Assembly (NCBI GenBank): GCA_965202985.1
Contig: CBDBCF010000002.1
Location: forward strand, 608,001-672,000
Length of the DNA stretch: 64,000 nucleotides
Source: Longimicrobiales bacterium
GTDB taxonomy: Bacteria; Gemmatimonadota; Gemmatimonadetes; Longimicrobiales; Gaopeijiaceae
Direction of reading: 5' to 3'
Position numbers and translations under genes: made by a program. Numbering within the stretch: the first letter of the stretch is position 1; every line of letters begins with the position of its first letter. The notes beneath the pieces are model-generated. The model saw only the letters and a program-made list of their open reading frames with translations. It was not told the DNA's origin and ran no database searches. Of the stretch, positions 21,201 through 27,490 are shown piece after piece.

Positions 21201-24072
21201 TGCTGTTCGTGATCTCGAATCCGGCCAGCGACACGTTCGCGTCCGTCGTCGTCCCCTGCCGCCGAATGTAGGCCCCCGACCCGGCAGGAAACGTCAGCGC
21301 GTTCGCGCCGATGCTGACCCCGGTCGAGTCCACGTCCGCCGCCACGACCGTGTAGCAGAAGAGCGCAAACCTAGCGGCGCGGGCGCACCCCGGGGCCTGC
21401 CGCGTCTGCGTCCCGATCCCCAGCGCCAGTTCCGCATGCCGCGTCTGCGTCGTCAGAATATCAACGTTCGTGTTGAACCCAACGGCCACCCAAATCTGGT
21501 CCCCAAGCCCGAACACGCTGTCCGTGCTCGCAAAGAACGTCTGCACCCCCTGCGGGTTCGTGAAAAACATGGTCGTCACGTAAGGCACGTCGCCCGTCAC
21601 CTTGTGCCCCGCCGCGTTCGAGATCGCGTTCGTCCCCAACCCCAAGTTCGCGGCCGTCGTGCCGCCCGCGATCCGGATCGTCCCGCCGTTCAGCGCCAAA
21701 GCGCTCGCGCCGATGCTGATGCCGTTCGCGTCCGCGTCCGCCACGACCACTGCATAGCGGAACGTCAAAGACCTGGTGCCCGAGCCCGCCGCGTAGCCCG
21801 CCTGCCGCGTCAGCGTGTCGATCCCCAGCGCCACCTGCGGCGTCCCCGTCACATCCACCGGACGGTCGAAGTCGACCTTGACCTCGATCGTGTTGCCTTC
21901 GGCGTACGCGCTGTCAGCGCCCGGGTCGCTGCTGATCGTCACGCCGCTCACGTTCGGCGCCACCTCCACCGTGCCGTCAACCTGGTAGGCCACATTGTTC
22001 GTGAACGTGTGGTCAGCCAGCGACACGTTCGCGTCCGTCGTCGTCCCCTGCCGCCGAATGTAGGCCCCCGACCCGGCAGGAAACGTCAGCGCGTTCGCGC
22101 CGATGCTGATCCCCGTCGAATCCCTGTCCGCCGCCACGACCGTATAGCAGAAGAACGCAAACCTGGGGTTCTGGCCGCACAGCGGGGCCTGCCGCGTCTG
22201 CGTCCCGATCCCCAGCGCCAGTTGCGCCTGCGTCTGCGTCGTCGACGCAATCCTAACGTTCGTGTTGAACCCAACGATCACGCGAACCACATCCCCCGAT
22301 CCGTAGACGCTGTCCGTGCCGGCATGGAATATCTGCACCCCCTGCGGGTTCGCGATAAAGATGGTCGTCACGTAGGGCACGTCGCCCGTCACCTTGTGCC
22401 CCGACGCGTTCGAGATCGCGTGGCTGCCCAAACCAAGGTTCGCGTTCGCCGATCCGCCCTTGAGCTCGATCGTCCCGCCGTTCAGCGCCAGCGCGCTCGC
22501 GCCGATGCTGATGCCGTCCGCGTCCGCGTCCGCCACGACCACTGCATAGCGAAACCTCAAAGACGTGGTGCCCGTGCCCGCCGCGTAGTCCGCCTGCCGC
22601 GTCTGCGTCCCGATCCCCAGCGCCACACGCGGCGTTCCCGTCACGTCCACCGGACGGTCGAAGTCGACCTTGACCTCGATCGTGTTCCCTTCGGCGTACG
22701 CGCTGTCAGCGCCCGGGTCGCTGGAAATCGTCACGCCGCTCACGTTCGGCGCCACCTCCTTCGTGCCGTCCACCTTGAAAGCGGCATTGTCCGTGTTGTC
22801 GTGCGCCGCCAGCGACAGGATGGCGTTCGTCGACGTGCCCTGCCGCCGGATCGCGCCCCCGGGTATCGTCAGCGCGTTCGCGCCGATGCTGATCCCGGTC
22901 GAGTCCCTGTCCGCCGCCACGACCGTGTAGTTGAAGAACAGTGAGCGGTTGTTAAACGCGTAGAAGGTCGCGGTTCTCGTATTCGCCCCGATTGTCAAGG
23001 CCAGCCGCGGCCACTGAGTGTGCCAGCTGATCTCCCTGTTGAACGTCACCCTCACCCTGATGACGTCCTCCAGCCCGAAGGTGCTGTCCGTCGCCGCCTG
23101 CGTGATGACAGCGCCGTGTTGGGCGAGGTAGTCCACGGCGGACACGATCGGCGGCGTCACCTTGGTGCCGTCGACTTGAAAGGCCACATTGTTCGTGACT
23201 GCGTGGTCCGCCAGCGACAGGTCAGCGTCCGTCGTCGTGCCCGCGGCCACGACCCGGGCTCCGCTAGGCAGCGTAAGCGCGTTCGCGCCGATGCTGATCC
23301 CGTCCGAGTCGCTGTCCGCCGCCACCACCGTGTAGCAGAAGATCAAAAAGGAGGTCACGTTGTTGCACAACGGCGCATTCCGCGTCTGCGACCCGATGTT
23401 CAGCGCCAGCTGCGGCGTTCCCGAGCCGCTTATGTTCCTGCTGAATCTGACGGCCACTCTGATCCGGTCGCCCACGCCGTAGATGCTGTCGCCCTGTTCG
23501 AGGTTCGCGTGGAGGATCTGGATTCCGCGGGTCGGATGGAGGAACCAAATGGACACCGCGGCGGGAACGTCGCCCTGCACCTTGTGGGCCGCCGCATTCG
23601 AGATCGCGTGGGCGCCCAGCCCCAGGTTCGCGGCCGTCGCGCCCCCCGCGATCTGGATCGTACCGCTGTTGAGCGCCAGTGCGCTCGCGCCGATGCTTAT
23701 CCCGTCCGCATCGACGTCCGTGGTCACTACCGTGTAGCGGAAAGTCAGCGTGCCCGTACCTGTCCCGCTTGCGTAGTTCGCCTGCCGCGTCGCCGCGCCG
23801 ATCGTCAGCGCCAGTTGCGGCGTGCCCGTCACGTCCACCGACTGGTCGAAACGAACTTCGACCGCGATCACATCGGTCGCCGCGTACGTCGAGTCGACGC
23901 CCGCGTTGCTGCTGATCGACACGCCGCTCACGTTCGGCGTCTGGGCGGTCGCGGCGACCGGCGACCCAGCGGCAACCAGCCCGGCGACCGCCAGCGGCAG
24001 GCCAAGAGCCGAAAGGAGCCTTCGCCCTACTAGAGCTGGCATGGCTCGCGGCCCAAGAGGCTCGCGGCTCAC
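9268..24072 (-). CDS. Giant repetitive surface adhesin with autotransporter-like C-terminal beta-domain (~4,930 aa); start uncertain (GTG 24072, ATG 24042, or ATG 24112 via poly-C slippage)
   Basis: Signal peptide ending ATA-Q, 28 repeats of ~120 aa, 5 cadherin-like repeats, an FRDPDGD Ig-like domain, a beta-strand-rich C-terminal domain (WGQANLGEF, YLGLDYRF, LYPYLHW) ending in Phe. Confidence 0.85.
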   Translation of the reverse strand: MSREPLGPRAMPALVGRRLLSALGLPLAVAGLVAAGSPVAATAQTPNVSGVSISSNAGVDSTYAATDVIAVEVRFDQSVDVTGTPQLALTIGAATRQANYASGTGTGTLTFRYTVVTTDVDADGISIGASALALNSGTIQIAGGATAANLGLGAHAISNAAAHKVQGDVPAAVSIWFLHPTRGIQILHANLEQGDSIYGVGDRIRVAVRFSRNISGSGTPQLALNIGSQTRNAPLCNNVTSFLIFCYTVVAADSDSDGISIGANALTLPSGARVVAAGTTTDADLSLADHAVTNNVAFQVDGTKVTPPIVSAVDYLAQHGAVITQAATDSTFGLEDVIRVRVTFNREISWHTQWPRLALTIGANTRTATFYAFNNRSLFFNYTVVAADRDSTGISIGANALTIPGGAIRRQGTSTNAILSLAAHDNTDNAAFKVDGTKEVAPNVSGVTISSDPGADSAYAEGNTIEVKVDFDRPVDVTGTPRVALGIGTQTRQADYAAGTGTTSLRFRYAVVVADADADGISIGASALALNGGTIELKGGSANANLGLGSHAISNASGHKVTGDVPYVTTIFIANPQGVQIFHAGTDSVYGSGDVVRVIVGFNTNVRIASTTQTQAQLALGIGTQTRQAPLCGQNPRFAFFCYTVVAADRDSTGISIGANALTFPAGSGAYIRRQGTTTDANVSLADHTFTNNVAYQVDGTVEVAPNVSGVTISSDPGADSAYAEGNTIEVKVDFDRPVDVTGTPQVALGIDTLTRQAGYAAGSGTRSLTFRYAVVVADADANGISIGASALALNGGTIRIAGGTTAANLGLGTNAISNAAGHKVTGDVPYVTTMFFTNPQGVQTFFASTDSVFGLGDQIWVAVGFNTNVDILTTQTRHAELALGIGTQTRQAPGCARAARFALFCYTVVAADVDSTGVSIGANALTFPAGSGAYIRRQGTTTDANVSLAGFEITNSIAFQVDGAKEAAPNVSGVSISSDAGADSTYATGDVIEVKVDFDRPVDATGTPQVALGIGTQTRQADYAAGTGTRSLRFRYTVAPTDSDATGVSIGASALALNGGTIRIAGGTATANLGLGTNAITNASAHKVDGNLGPPGVTGVSIGDAPADSTFELSDVVVVTVEFNAAVTVTPTTGANRPRVRLGIGSSLRNALYARGSGTTSLEFEYTVFQTDADADGISIGANALETPSGSTIRQMGTTTDAALGLGAHAVTNSAAHKVAGNTRTTPVVKGLRITSSPVVGDTYLGGEAIEVEVEFVRGVYVGGTPRLALEVGDSTRQAEYNRRDATSTRVTFRYVVQATDADADGISVGAGALAVSAADTLVDGRLWSDAADLALGSHVFSNASAHKVSGAVPYVTSAFFMSAANTGISYASTDSVFGLGDQIRVGVGFNAGVTATGTPRLALGIGAQTRSAALCDTSGGVILVFCYTVVAADADSTGISIGASALTLPGGATIRATGTATDARLSLVPWNFADAVAYQVDGTKEVAPGVSGVAISSAPASDSTYGRTEAIEVEVEFERSVDVTGTPGATTLGTPYVLITVGSVSRFAYYAGGTGTRTLRFEYTVAAADADSTGISIGASALALNGGAIRIAGGTTNASLGLGANAITNAAAHKVDGNLGPPGVTGLTIGSPVVGDVFERGETIGVELEFNRAVDVTGTPRLALTIGSATRQASYASGSGTTGLLFRYVVASGDADADGLSIGAGALTLSGGTIRLSGGTLDATLGLGASAVTNSGGHQVAGGTFTTPAVTAVTVSSAPASGQTYQLGESIEVKVAFGRPVAVTGTPRLALTIGTVARQASYESASSKADTLVFGYAVRPSDVDADGLSIAASALTLSGGTIADVRPGAAAAALGLGTSAVTNDASHKVNGGLGPPGVTGLTVASPPTGTTFERGDTIVATVRFNKAVDVTGTPRLALGIGSQTRQAAYASGTGTASLVFRYVVVTADVDADGLSVGASALALNGGTIDVAGGTTDALLSLEHQAFENFLVVNGGLFTASSVAGLSISSSPASDSTYGRTEQIEVEVTFDRNVAVTGAPQVALTIGSQTRQAAYASGSGTKTLTFQYTVVAADADANGLSIGTSALALNGGTIADARDASEAAGLGLGSNAISNAAAHKVDGAQGPPGVIGVVVGSPPVGDTFERGDAIEATVTFNRAVAVTGTPQLALGIGSQTRQASYASGSGTASLVFQYTVVQADVDADGLSIGTSALALNSGTIRLSGGTLDATLGLGTHAISNSTGHKVAGGTFTASSVSGVAISSSPSSGDTYGLGEQIEVEVTFVRPVNATGAPRVALTVGAATRQADYASGTGTKTLTFGYEVVAGDADANGIGIGTSALALNGGTINDARDGSTAASLGLGSSAISNAASHKVDGAQGPPGVTGLSIGSPEVGDTFERGETIEVKVAFNKSVAVTGTPQLALGIGSATKQASYAAGTGTDTLVFRYVVVTADADADGLSIGTSALALNGGTVRRSGATTDAVLSLRDHYVTDNGNYKVAGGTFTAAAVSGVTISSSPSSDSTYGRTEVIEVEVGFTRPVTVTGVPQLALTIGSQTRQASYASGSGTTALAFRYTVVAADADSTGIGIVASALALNGGTINDARGGTMAAGLGLGSSAISNAAAHKVDGSRGPPGVTSLSIGSPTVGDTFERGETIEVELVFNRAVDVTGVPRLALTIGSATRQAIYASGSGTDTLVFRYVVAAGDADSDGIGIAASALALSGGTIKVAGGTLDATLGLGTSAVTNSAGHKVAGGTFTTPAVSAVTISSAPASASTYQLGESIEVKVAFNRPVAVTGAPRLALTIGTTTRQAGYDAASSKADTLVFGYAIRPSDADTDGIGIGVSALALNGGGIADVRPGAAAAALGLGARAISNAASHKVNGSLGPPGVVGLAVAAPPVGNTFERGDTVVATVTFNKAVDVTGAPQLALSIGAQQVGAYASAATGTTSLEFRYVVISGDADTDGLSIRANALTLNGGTIDVAGGTTDALLSLAHHAISNAGGRRVAGGTFTAASVSAVTITSSPAGGGTYGLSEEIGVDVTFNRNVAVTGSPELALTIGSRTRQASYVATTGGRVLSFAYTVVAGDADGNGIGIGASALSLNGGTVADARDANEAASLGLGGHAVSNSGGHRVDGAQGPPGVSGVTIASPVVGDTFERGDTVVATVVFNKAVDVTGTPQLALGIGSTTKQASYASGTGTASLVFRYVVVTADADADGISIGASALALNGGTIDVAGGTVDAVLGLGAHAVTNSAGHKVAGSTFTAASVSGVSLTSSPAVATTYGRDERIEVQVTFNRRVAVTGTPRVALTVGAQTRQADYASGTGTRALTFRYVVVAADADTDGIEVGASALALNSGAIADARDGSTAAALGLGSHALSAAAGHKVDGTLAGASVTGVAVSSTPDSADTYGLGERIEVEVTFDRAVTVTGSPRLALTVGAVARQASYADGSGTATLSFAYRVQGAGSGGSGTGGVDADADGVGVAAAALTLNGGTIVNTADGVRPATLALGAQAIVAAAADKVDGTVEVAPVVVGVAVTSEPVATGLYGAGGVIRVEVTFSRPVDVAGASSSPALAASMTAANTAAARLAIDVGGTTRHARYVSGSGTTVLAFEYVVRPADRDPDGISIPADALAEAAGALRIAGGQAAAVLDLGAHAVTDLTDHAVNGAGSLDPVFGRLEYEFELAENVAGPLPVGEVVAASPLDAEVRYGLESGGEGLFEVDVSSGVVTYVGGGEDAEQRSEYVMLVVAVTDGVGEDEQLETTAKVTVKVVNENDEAPSFVEERWVFELAEDAAGPLVLGVLEAVDPDEGDTLTYALVAGDAERFELDGETGELRYVGGGEDYEGGAGPWVLEATATDLVGRTARTTATVVVADVNEAPAFADSAYAFELAENVAGPLVLGVVRATDPDRDDPPVYSLAEGDAERFEVDAVTGELRYVGAGEDAETGPESWAFEVRATDRGGIAASARVVVALLDRNEAPAFAAEVYEWEFEENVAGPLVLGAVEAADPDRADTLVYSLSGEGAALFEVDAATGEVRYAGAGEDYEAGPASWEFEVVATDGEGLAARAVATVALLDVNEAPAFADSAYAFELAENVAGPLTLGVVEATDPDRGDAPAYSLAEGDAARFEVDARTGEVRYVGSGEDYEAGPPMFALTVRATDAGGLTAEAGVSVTLLDVNEGPEAVGAMSPKTLEAYGDAVEEELGQYFRDPDGDALTYAVESSSPAVAAATVTGAGRLSIAPQAIGEAVVTVRASDPGGLSARQQVRVTVEASRSERARALELTLAAFGRSLGTETVDAIGGRLGLGSSGALGRSHVQLGGRSLACGAPGAGASGFADAANAADGQADDGESNSAAVGSGECGLESLVRGATGLLGLQIAVPGSADVAGGTVDLAALLFGDGRSGPGAGSAGGMAGMGGAYQGQQQADAGRADRTGGLTFNPVDALGLRSQSSFQLSFGGSDGSAAGDAASAASVSSQAAVRSGWTVWGQANLGEFEGRPDEGFAMDGRTRSAYLGLDYRFASGVLMGLAGSRSDMEAGFDSDVNGAGSVDARLTSLYPYLHWSSSGGFGVWGLAGAGRGDATLDESAGGRFDTDLEMRMGALGVRQELTGGLALKADAFAVRILSDEVAGLAGVTADAQRVRLAPEIGGQWQLGGGLAMRTRLEVGGRFDGGDAETGMGAEAGAEVGLAHQASGFSMTARGRALLVHQERDFKDWGAGFSLRLQPGGGGGEGESGLSFSVEPTWGDAGRGARTLWQGGADVWRTAGVAGFGAPGRVARPIGANVPASPEPAHNPGDPSAEGMSGANGDPAVGSQAGPGLPASSGLLAATSAPGWAPDRVAMEVGYGVLLSGGAQVKPFGRWSREGPTGHRVNIGTRWSLLGGETTGQLTESPGTRSPGLRLMMDLFGEHVASGVQPPERRIGLSGRIVF
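11520..13040 (-). repeat. Five tandem cadherin-like repeats of ~100 aa (coordinates approximate)
   Basis: Repeated FELAENVAGPL..ATDPD..YSLAEGDAERFEVD..DYE..ATD..DVNEAPAF, with cadherin Ca-binding-type motifs (xEN, DxD, DxNE). Confidence 0.85.
13050..23940 (-). repeat. Array of 28 Ig-like beta-sandwich repeats of ~120-140 aa (coordinates approximate)
   Basis: Repeated V(S/T)GV.I.S...TY..GE.IEV.V.F...V.VTGTP.LAL.IG..TRQA.YASG.GT..L.F.Y.V...D.D.DG..IG..AL.LNGGTI...HKV.G, counted by eye in the translation. Confidence 0.85.
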
Positions 24073-24083
24073 GCGGAGAAATC

Positions 24084-24107
24084 GGGGGGGGGGGGGGGGG
24101 GGGGGGG
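24084..24107 (-). repeat. 24-nt homopolymer (poly-G on +, poly-C on the adhesin sense strand)
   Basis: Directly visible; begins 2 nt after ATG 24112 on the minus strand. Confidence 0.9.
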
Positions 24108-24292
24108 CTCATCTTTGGCCTAGTCCTAGTCCAGAAGTCCGATTCTGTTGACTGATTTGATCGACTGGGGATTGGACGGAATGTAACGTAAAGTGAGCCA
24201 GAACGCTCGGGTAGGCGCGGGCGTTGGGCGGGAGGTCCGCTCGACGACGCGCGCCCGGGCCGCCTCCCGGACCATGCAGCGCACGGCGTTCC

Positions 24293-24322
24293 TTGCCCCT
24301 CCGCTCCCGCCAGCGGTAGACT
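24293..24322 (+). promoter_or_regulatory. Putative sigma70 promoter for holB-moaC
   Basis: TTGCCC-18nt-TAGACT upstream of holB. Confidence 0.5.
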
Positions 24323-24398
24323 GCAAGCTCGGAACACCTGTCTCATCGCGGTGACCACACGCAACTTGCTCGCCCTTCGGCATCCGTGACGCGCTCAC

Positions 24399-25583
24399 TT
24401 GACCCGTAGTCGCCCCGCAGCTCCGCCCGCCTTCCGGGGCCACGAGGCCCTCCGCGCGTCCTTGCAGCGGGCGATGGCGGACGGCGTCTTGCCCGCCACC
24501 CTCTTGGTGCACGGCGGCCCCGGGTGCGGCAAGCAGTCCTTCGCCCTGTGGCTGGCCCGTGCGCGCTTGTGCACGGGCGAACCGTCCCCCTGCGACGAGT
24601 GCAAGAGCTGTCGCATGGCGCTTGGCCTGCAGCATCCGGACATCCACTGGTACTTCCCCCTGCCCCGCCCCAAGGGCGCTTCCGGTCCGGGCAAGCTGGC
24701 GGAGGCCCTGGAAGCCGCCCGTCACGAGAAGCTGGCGGAGTTCCGCGAGCAGCCGCTGCGGCCGGTCGGCGACGCGCAGGTGAAGGGCATCTACTTGGCC
24801 GCCGTGCTGTCGATGCGCCGTCGCGCCCACCAGCGGCCCGCCATGGGAGACGAGCAGTGCTTCGTGGTCGGGGACGCCGAGTACCTGGTTCCCCAGGAAG
24901 CGAGCCCGGAGGCGGCCAACGCCCTGCTCAAGCTGCTGGAGGAGCCGCCCGAGGGGAGCCGCTTCGTCCTGACTTCAAGCCGACCCGGCAGCCTGCTGGA
25001 CACGATCCGGTCGCGGGCGCTGCCCGTGCACCTTCCGCCGCTGCCCGACGCGGAGGTGGCGGCGTTCCTGGAAGCGGAGCGCGGGGTGTCCGCCCAGGTT
25101 GCGCAGCGGGCCGCGTCGCTCGCGCAGGGCTCCGTCGGGCTCGCGCTCGGCCACTTGGACGACGAAAGCGCGCAGTCGGACCAGCGGTCGCAGTCGCTGG
25201 GGCTGCTGAAGGCGGCCGTGTCCGGCAAGCGCGCCCAGTCCTATCAAGCCGCCTTGGAGTTCGGACCCGGGGGCGCCCGAGGGCTGACGGGCCTGCTGGG
25301 CGACTTGCAGCGGTGGATTCGCGACTTGGCCGCCGCCGGCTTGGGGCAGGACGACCGGGTCGTCAACGCCGACGAGATGCCCTTCCTGCAGGAGACGGCC
25401 CGGAGGCTGGGTCTGACGCCGGATCGCGCGGCCCGCGCCGTCGGCCAAGCGGAAGAGGCGCGGATGCTCGCCCTGGGCAACGTGAACCCACAGCTCCTCG
25501 TCTCCACGCTGCTTCTGGACTTGGAGGACACGCTGACCGCTGCGGGGGCGGGTCGGACGACTGCGGGAGCGCGCCGGTCGTGA
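24399..25583 (+). CDS. holB: DNA polymerase III subunit delta'
   Basis: GGPGCGK P-loop variant, C-x5-CxxCxxC Zn motif, HPD, AANALLKLLEEPP, LLDTIRSR. Confidence 0.9.
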   Translation: MTRSRPAAPPAFRGHEALRASLQRAMADGVLPATLLVHGGPGCGKQSFALWLARARLCTGEPSPCDECKSCRMALGLQHPDIHWYFPLPRPKGASGPGKLAEALEAARHEKLAEFREQPLRPVGDAQVKGIYLAAVLSMRRRAHQRPAMGDEQCFVVGDAEYLVPQEASPEAANALLKLLEEPPEGSRFVLTSSRPGSLLDTIRSRALPVHLPPLPDAEVAAFLEAERGVSAQVAQRAASLAQGSVGLALGHLDDESAQSDQRSQSLGLLKAAVSGKRAQSYQAALEFGPGGARGLTGLLGDLQRWIRDLAAAGLGQDDRVVNADEMPFLQETARRLGLTPDRAARAVGQAEEARMLALGNVNPQLLVSTLLLDLEDTLTAAGAGRTTAGARRS

Positions 25584-26071
25584 AGGACGACGCCCCTCCC
25601 TCCCTGACGCACTTGGACGCCCACGGCAAGGCCGCCATGGTGGACGTGACCGGCAAGGCCGCGAGCCGGCGACGGGCGGTGGCCCGGGGCGTGCTGCGCT
25701 GCTCGCCCGAGGCGTTTCGCCTGCTGGCCGAGGGCGGCAACCCCAAGGGCGACGTGGAGCAGGTCGCGCGGGTGGCCGGCGTCATGGGCGGCAAGCGGGC
25801 CGCCGACCTGGTCCCTCTTTGCCACGTCCTTCCCGGCGCCCATGTGCAGGTGGACGTGGAGCCCGACAGGTCGCTTCCGGGGGTGCGCGCCACGGCCGTC
25901 GCGACGGTGGACGGCCCGACGGGCGTGGAGATCGAGGCGCTGACGGCAGTCTCCGTCGCGCTCCTGACGGTCTACGACATGCTCAAGGCCGCCGACCGGG
26001 GCATGAGGATCGAGTCGGTGGAGCTGGTGGAGAAGTCCGGGGGACGATCGGGCGCCTGGCGGCGGCGGTAG
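25580..26071 (+). CDS. moaC: Cyclic pyranopterin monophosphate synthase MoaC
   Basis: LTHLD..G.AAMVDV, KGDV, LVPLCH, TGVEIEAL, YDMLKAAD, EKSGGRSG; GTGA overlap with holB. Confidence 0.95.
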   Translation: MKDDAPPSLTHLDAHGKAAMVDVTGKAASRRRAVARGVLRCSPEAFRLLAEGGNPKGDVEQVARVAGVMGGKRAADLVPLCHVLPGAHVQVDVEPDRSLPGVRATAVATVDGPTGVEIEALTAVSVALLTVYDMLKAADRGMRIESVELVEKSGGRSGAWRRR

Positions 26072-26080
26072 GGCGCAACG

Positions 26081-27490
26081 TCACGAAGGCGGGATACGCA
26101 GCTCGTCTCCCGGGCGCAGGAGTTCGTCCAGATCCAGTCCGTTGTGCCTGCGCAGGCTGTCCAGCGACACGTCGTACTCGCGGGCGATCAGCCACAGGCT
26201 CTCCCCCGCCGACACCACGTGCACGCGGGGCGCGGTCGGAGCGACGACGCCCGGCCGGGGCACCACCAGCAAGGCGCCGATCCGGAGCCGGCGGGGCTCG
26301 ACGTCCGGGTTCGCGGCGCGGAGGTCGGCCAGCGACACCTCGTAGGTCTCGGCGATCTCCGACAGAGTTTCGCCGGCCGCCACCGCGTGTTCCACGAACG
26401 ACACGCGCCGGTTTGGGGGGATGGCGGCGAACCGCTCGGCGAAGCCGGCGCCCAGACCCGGCGGCAGGCGCACCGGCACGGCCCTCCCCGCCGGAATCAG
26501 GCCGCGCACCAGTTGCGGGTTCAGGAACAGCACGTCTTCTTCTTCCGCGCCCGCCGCGCCGGCGATCACGTCCGCCGACGCCGGCCCGTCGACCTCCACC
26601 ACGTCGAAGGCCTGGGGCGGGTCCGGGTCTAATCCGTCCAGGCCGAAGGCCGCGGGGTCTTCCGCAATCCGAACGGCGGCCAGGTACTTGGGCACGAAGT
26701 TGCGGGTCTCGCGGGGCAGCTTCTCGCGGATCCGCCAGAACATGGCGTCGTCCCTGGGGCGGCCGCCGCCGTGCTCGCGGATGATCCGCTCCACCCTGCC
26801 CGGTCCCGAGTTGTAGGCCGCCAAGGTGAGGAACCAAGAGCCGAACTGCCGGTTCAAGCGCGCCAAGTACTCCACGGCCCGGGGCGTGGCCGCGTACGGG
26901 TCCAAGCGCTCGTCCAGGAGCGGTCCGACCTCCAGCCCCAGCCAGCGCGCCGTCGCCGGCATGAACTGCCACAGCCCGGCCGCACCCGCGGGCGACAGCG
27001 CCGTGGGGTTGTAGGCGGCCTCGATGACCGGCAGGTAGCGAAGCGACGGCGGCAGTCCGCGCTCCGCCAGCTCGGCGACGACGAAGGTCTCGTAGCGACC
27101 CATGCGCGCAAGCGAACGCTGGAAGGTCCCGCTCTCGCGGTTCTGCCAGAAGTTCAGCCACCAGTCGATGTCGTCTTCGATGTCTTCGTGACGGGCCCAG
27201 GGCGACGCCAGGATCGGGTCCCCCTCCAAGTCGCTGCCCACGCGCGGCGGCGCTCCCGAACGGGGCCGCGCCGGCACTCGGGCTGCCGGGTTCGCGGCGG
27301 CGCTCCCGGCATCGGACTCGCTCCCGTCCAGCGACGCCAAGTAGTCCGGCGAAGGCGGGGGCGGAGGCTGGCGCTTGGCGCACGCGGTCGCGCCCAGCCC
27401 GACCAGGAGCGCCATCGAACGCGCGAACGACCGCGCGAAGCCCCGGCGTCTGCCGGAACGCGGCGGGCGGCCCATCGGCGTGCAGCGCAT
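26081..27490 (-). CDS. mltD: Membrane-bound lytic murein transglycosylase D-like lipoprotein with two LysM domains
   Basis: Lipobox-like GATAC, SLT motifs (IEAAY, AAGLWQFMP, LAAYNSG, ETRNFVPK), two LysM repeats; TGATG overlap with the guaB stop. Confidence 0.85.
   Translation of the reverse strand: MRCTPMGRPPRSGRRRGFARSFARSMALLVGLGATACAKRQPPPPPSPDYLASLDGSESDAGSAAANPAARVPARPRSGAPPRVGSDLEGDPILASPWARHEDIEDDIDWWLNFWQNRESGTFQRSLARMGRYETFVVAELAERGLPPSLRYLPVIEAAYNPTALSPAGAAGLWQFMPATARWLGLEVGPLLDERLDPYAATPRAVEYLARLNRQFGSWFLTLAAYNSGPGRVERIIREHGGGRPRDDAMFWRIREKLPRETRNFVPKYLAAVRIAEDPAAFGLDGLDPDPPQAFDVVEVDGPASADVIAGAAGAEEEDVLFLNPQLVRGLIPAGRAVPVRLPPGLGAGFAERFAAIPPNRRVSFVEHAVAAGETLSEIAETYEVSLADLRAANPDVEPRRLRIGALLVVPRPGVVAPTAPRVHVVSAGESLWLIAREYDVSLDSLRRHNGLDLDELLRPGDELRIPPS

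Noticed and set aside
21170..22750. Possible diversity-generating retroelement TR/VR pair in duplicated adhesin units
   Set aside because: Differences involve all four bases rather than adenines only, both copies are in-frame coding, and no reverse transcriptase is in the window.
13072..22944. 3,290-aa ORF on the + strand
   Set aside because: Antisense shadow of the adhesin. G-ending sense codons make antisense codons start with C, so no stops arise, and the product is Arg/His-rich nonsense.
13050..23940. Possible CRISPR or non-coding repeat array
   Set aside because: Repeats are ~360-400 bp degenerate coding units without a repeat-spacer structure, and there are no cas genes.
24117..24127. 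11-mer GGCCTAGTCCT shared (inverted) with 51242-51252, upstream of the two secreted-protein genes
   Set aside because: The orientation relative to the two genes is opposite, and 11-mer matches are expected by chance in 64 kb.
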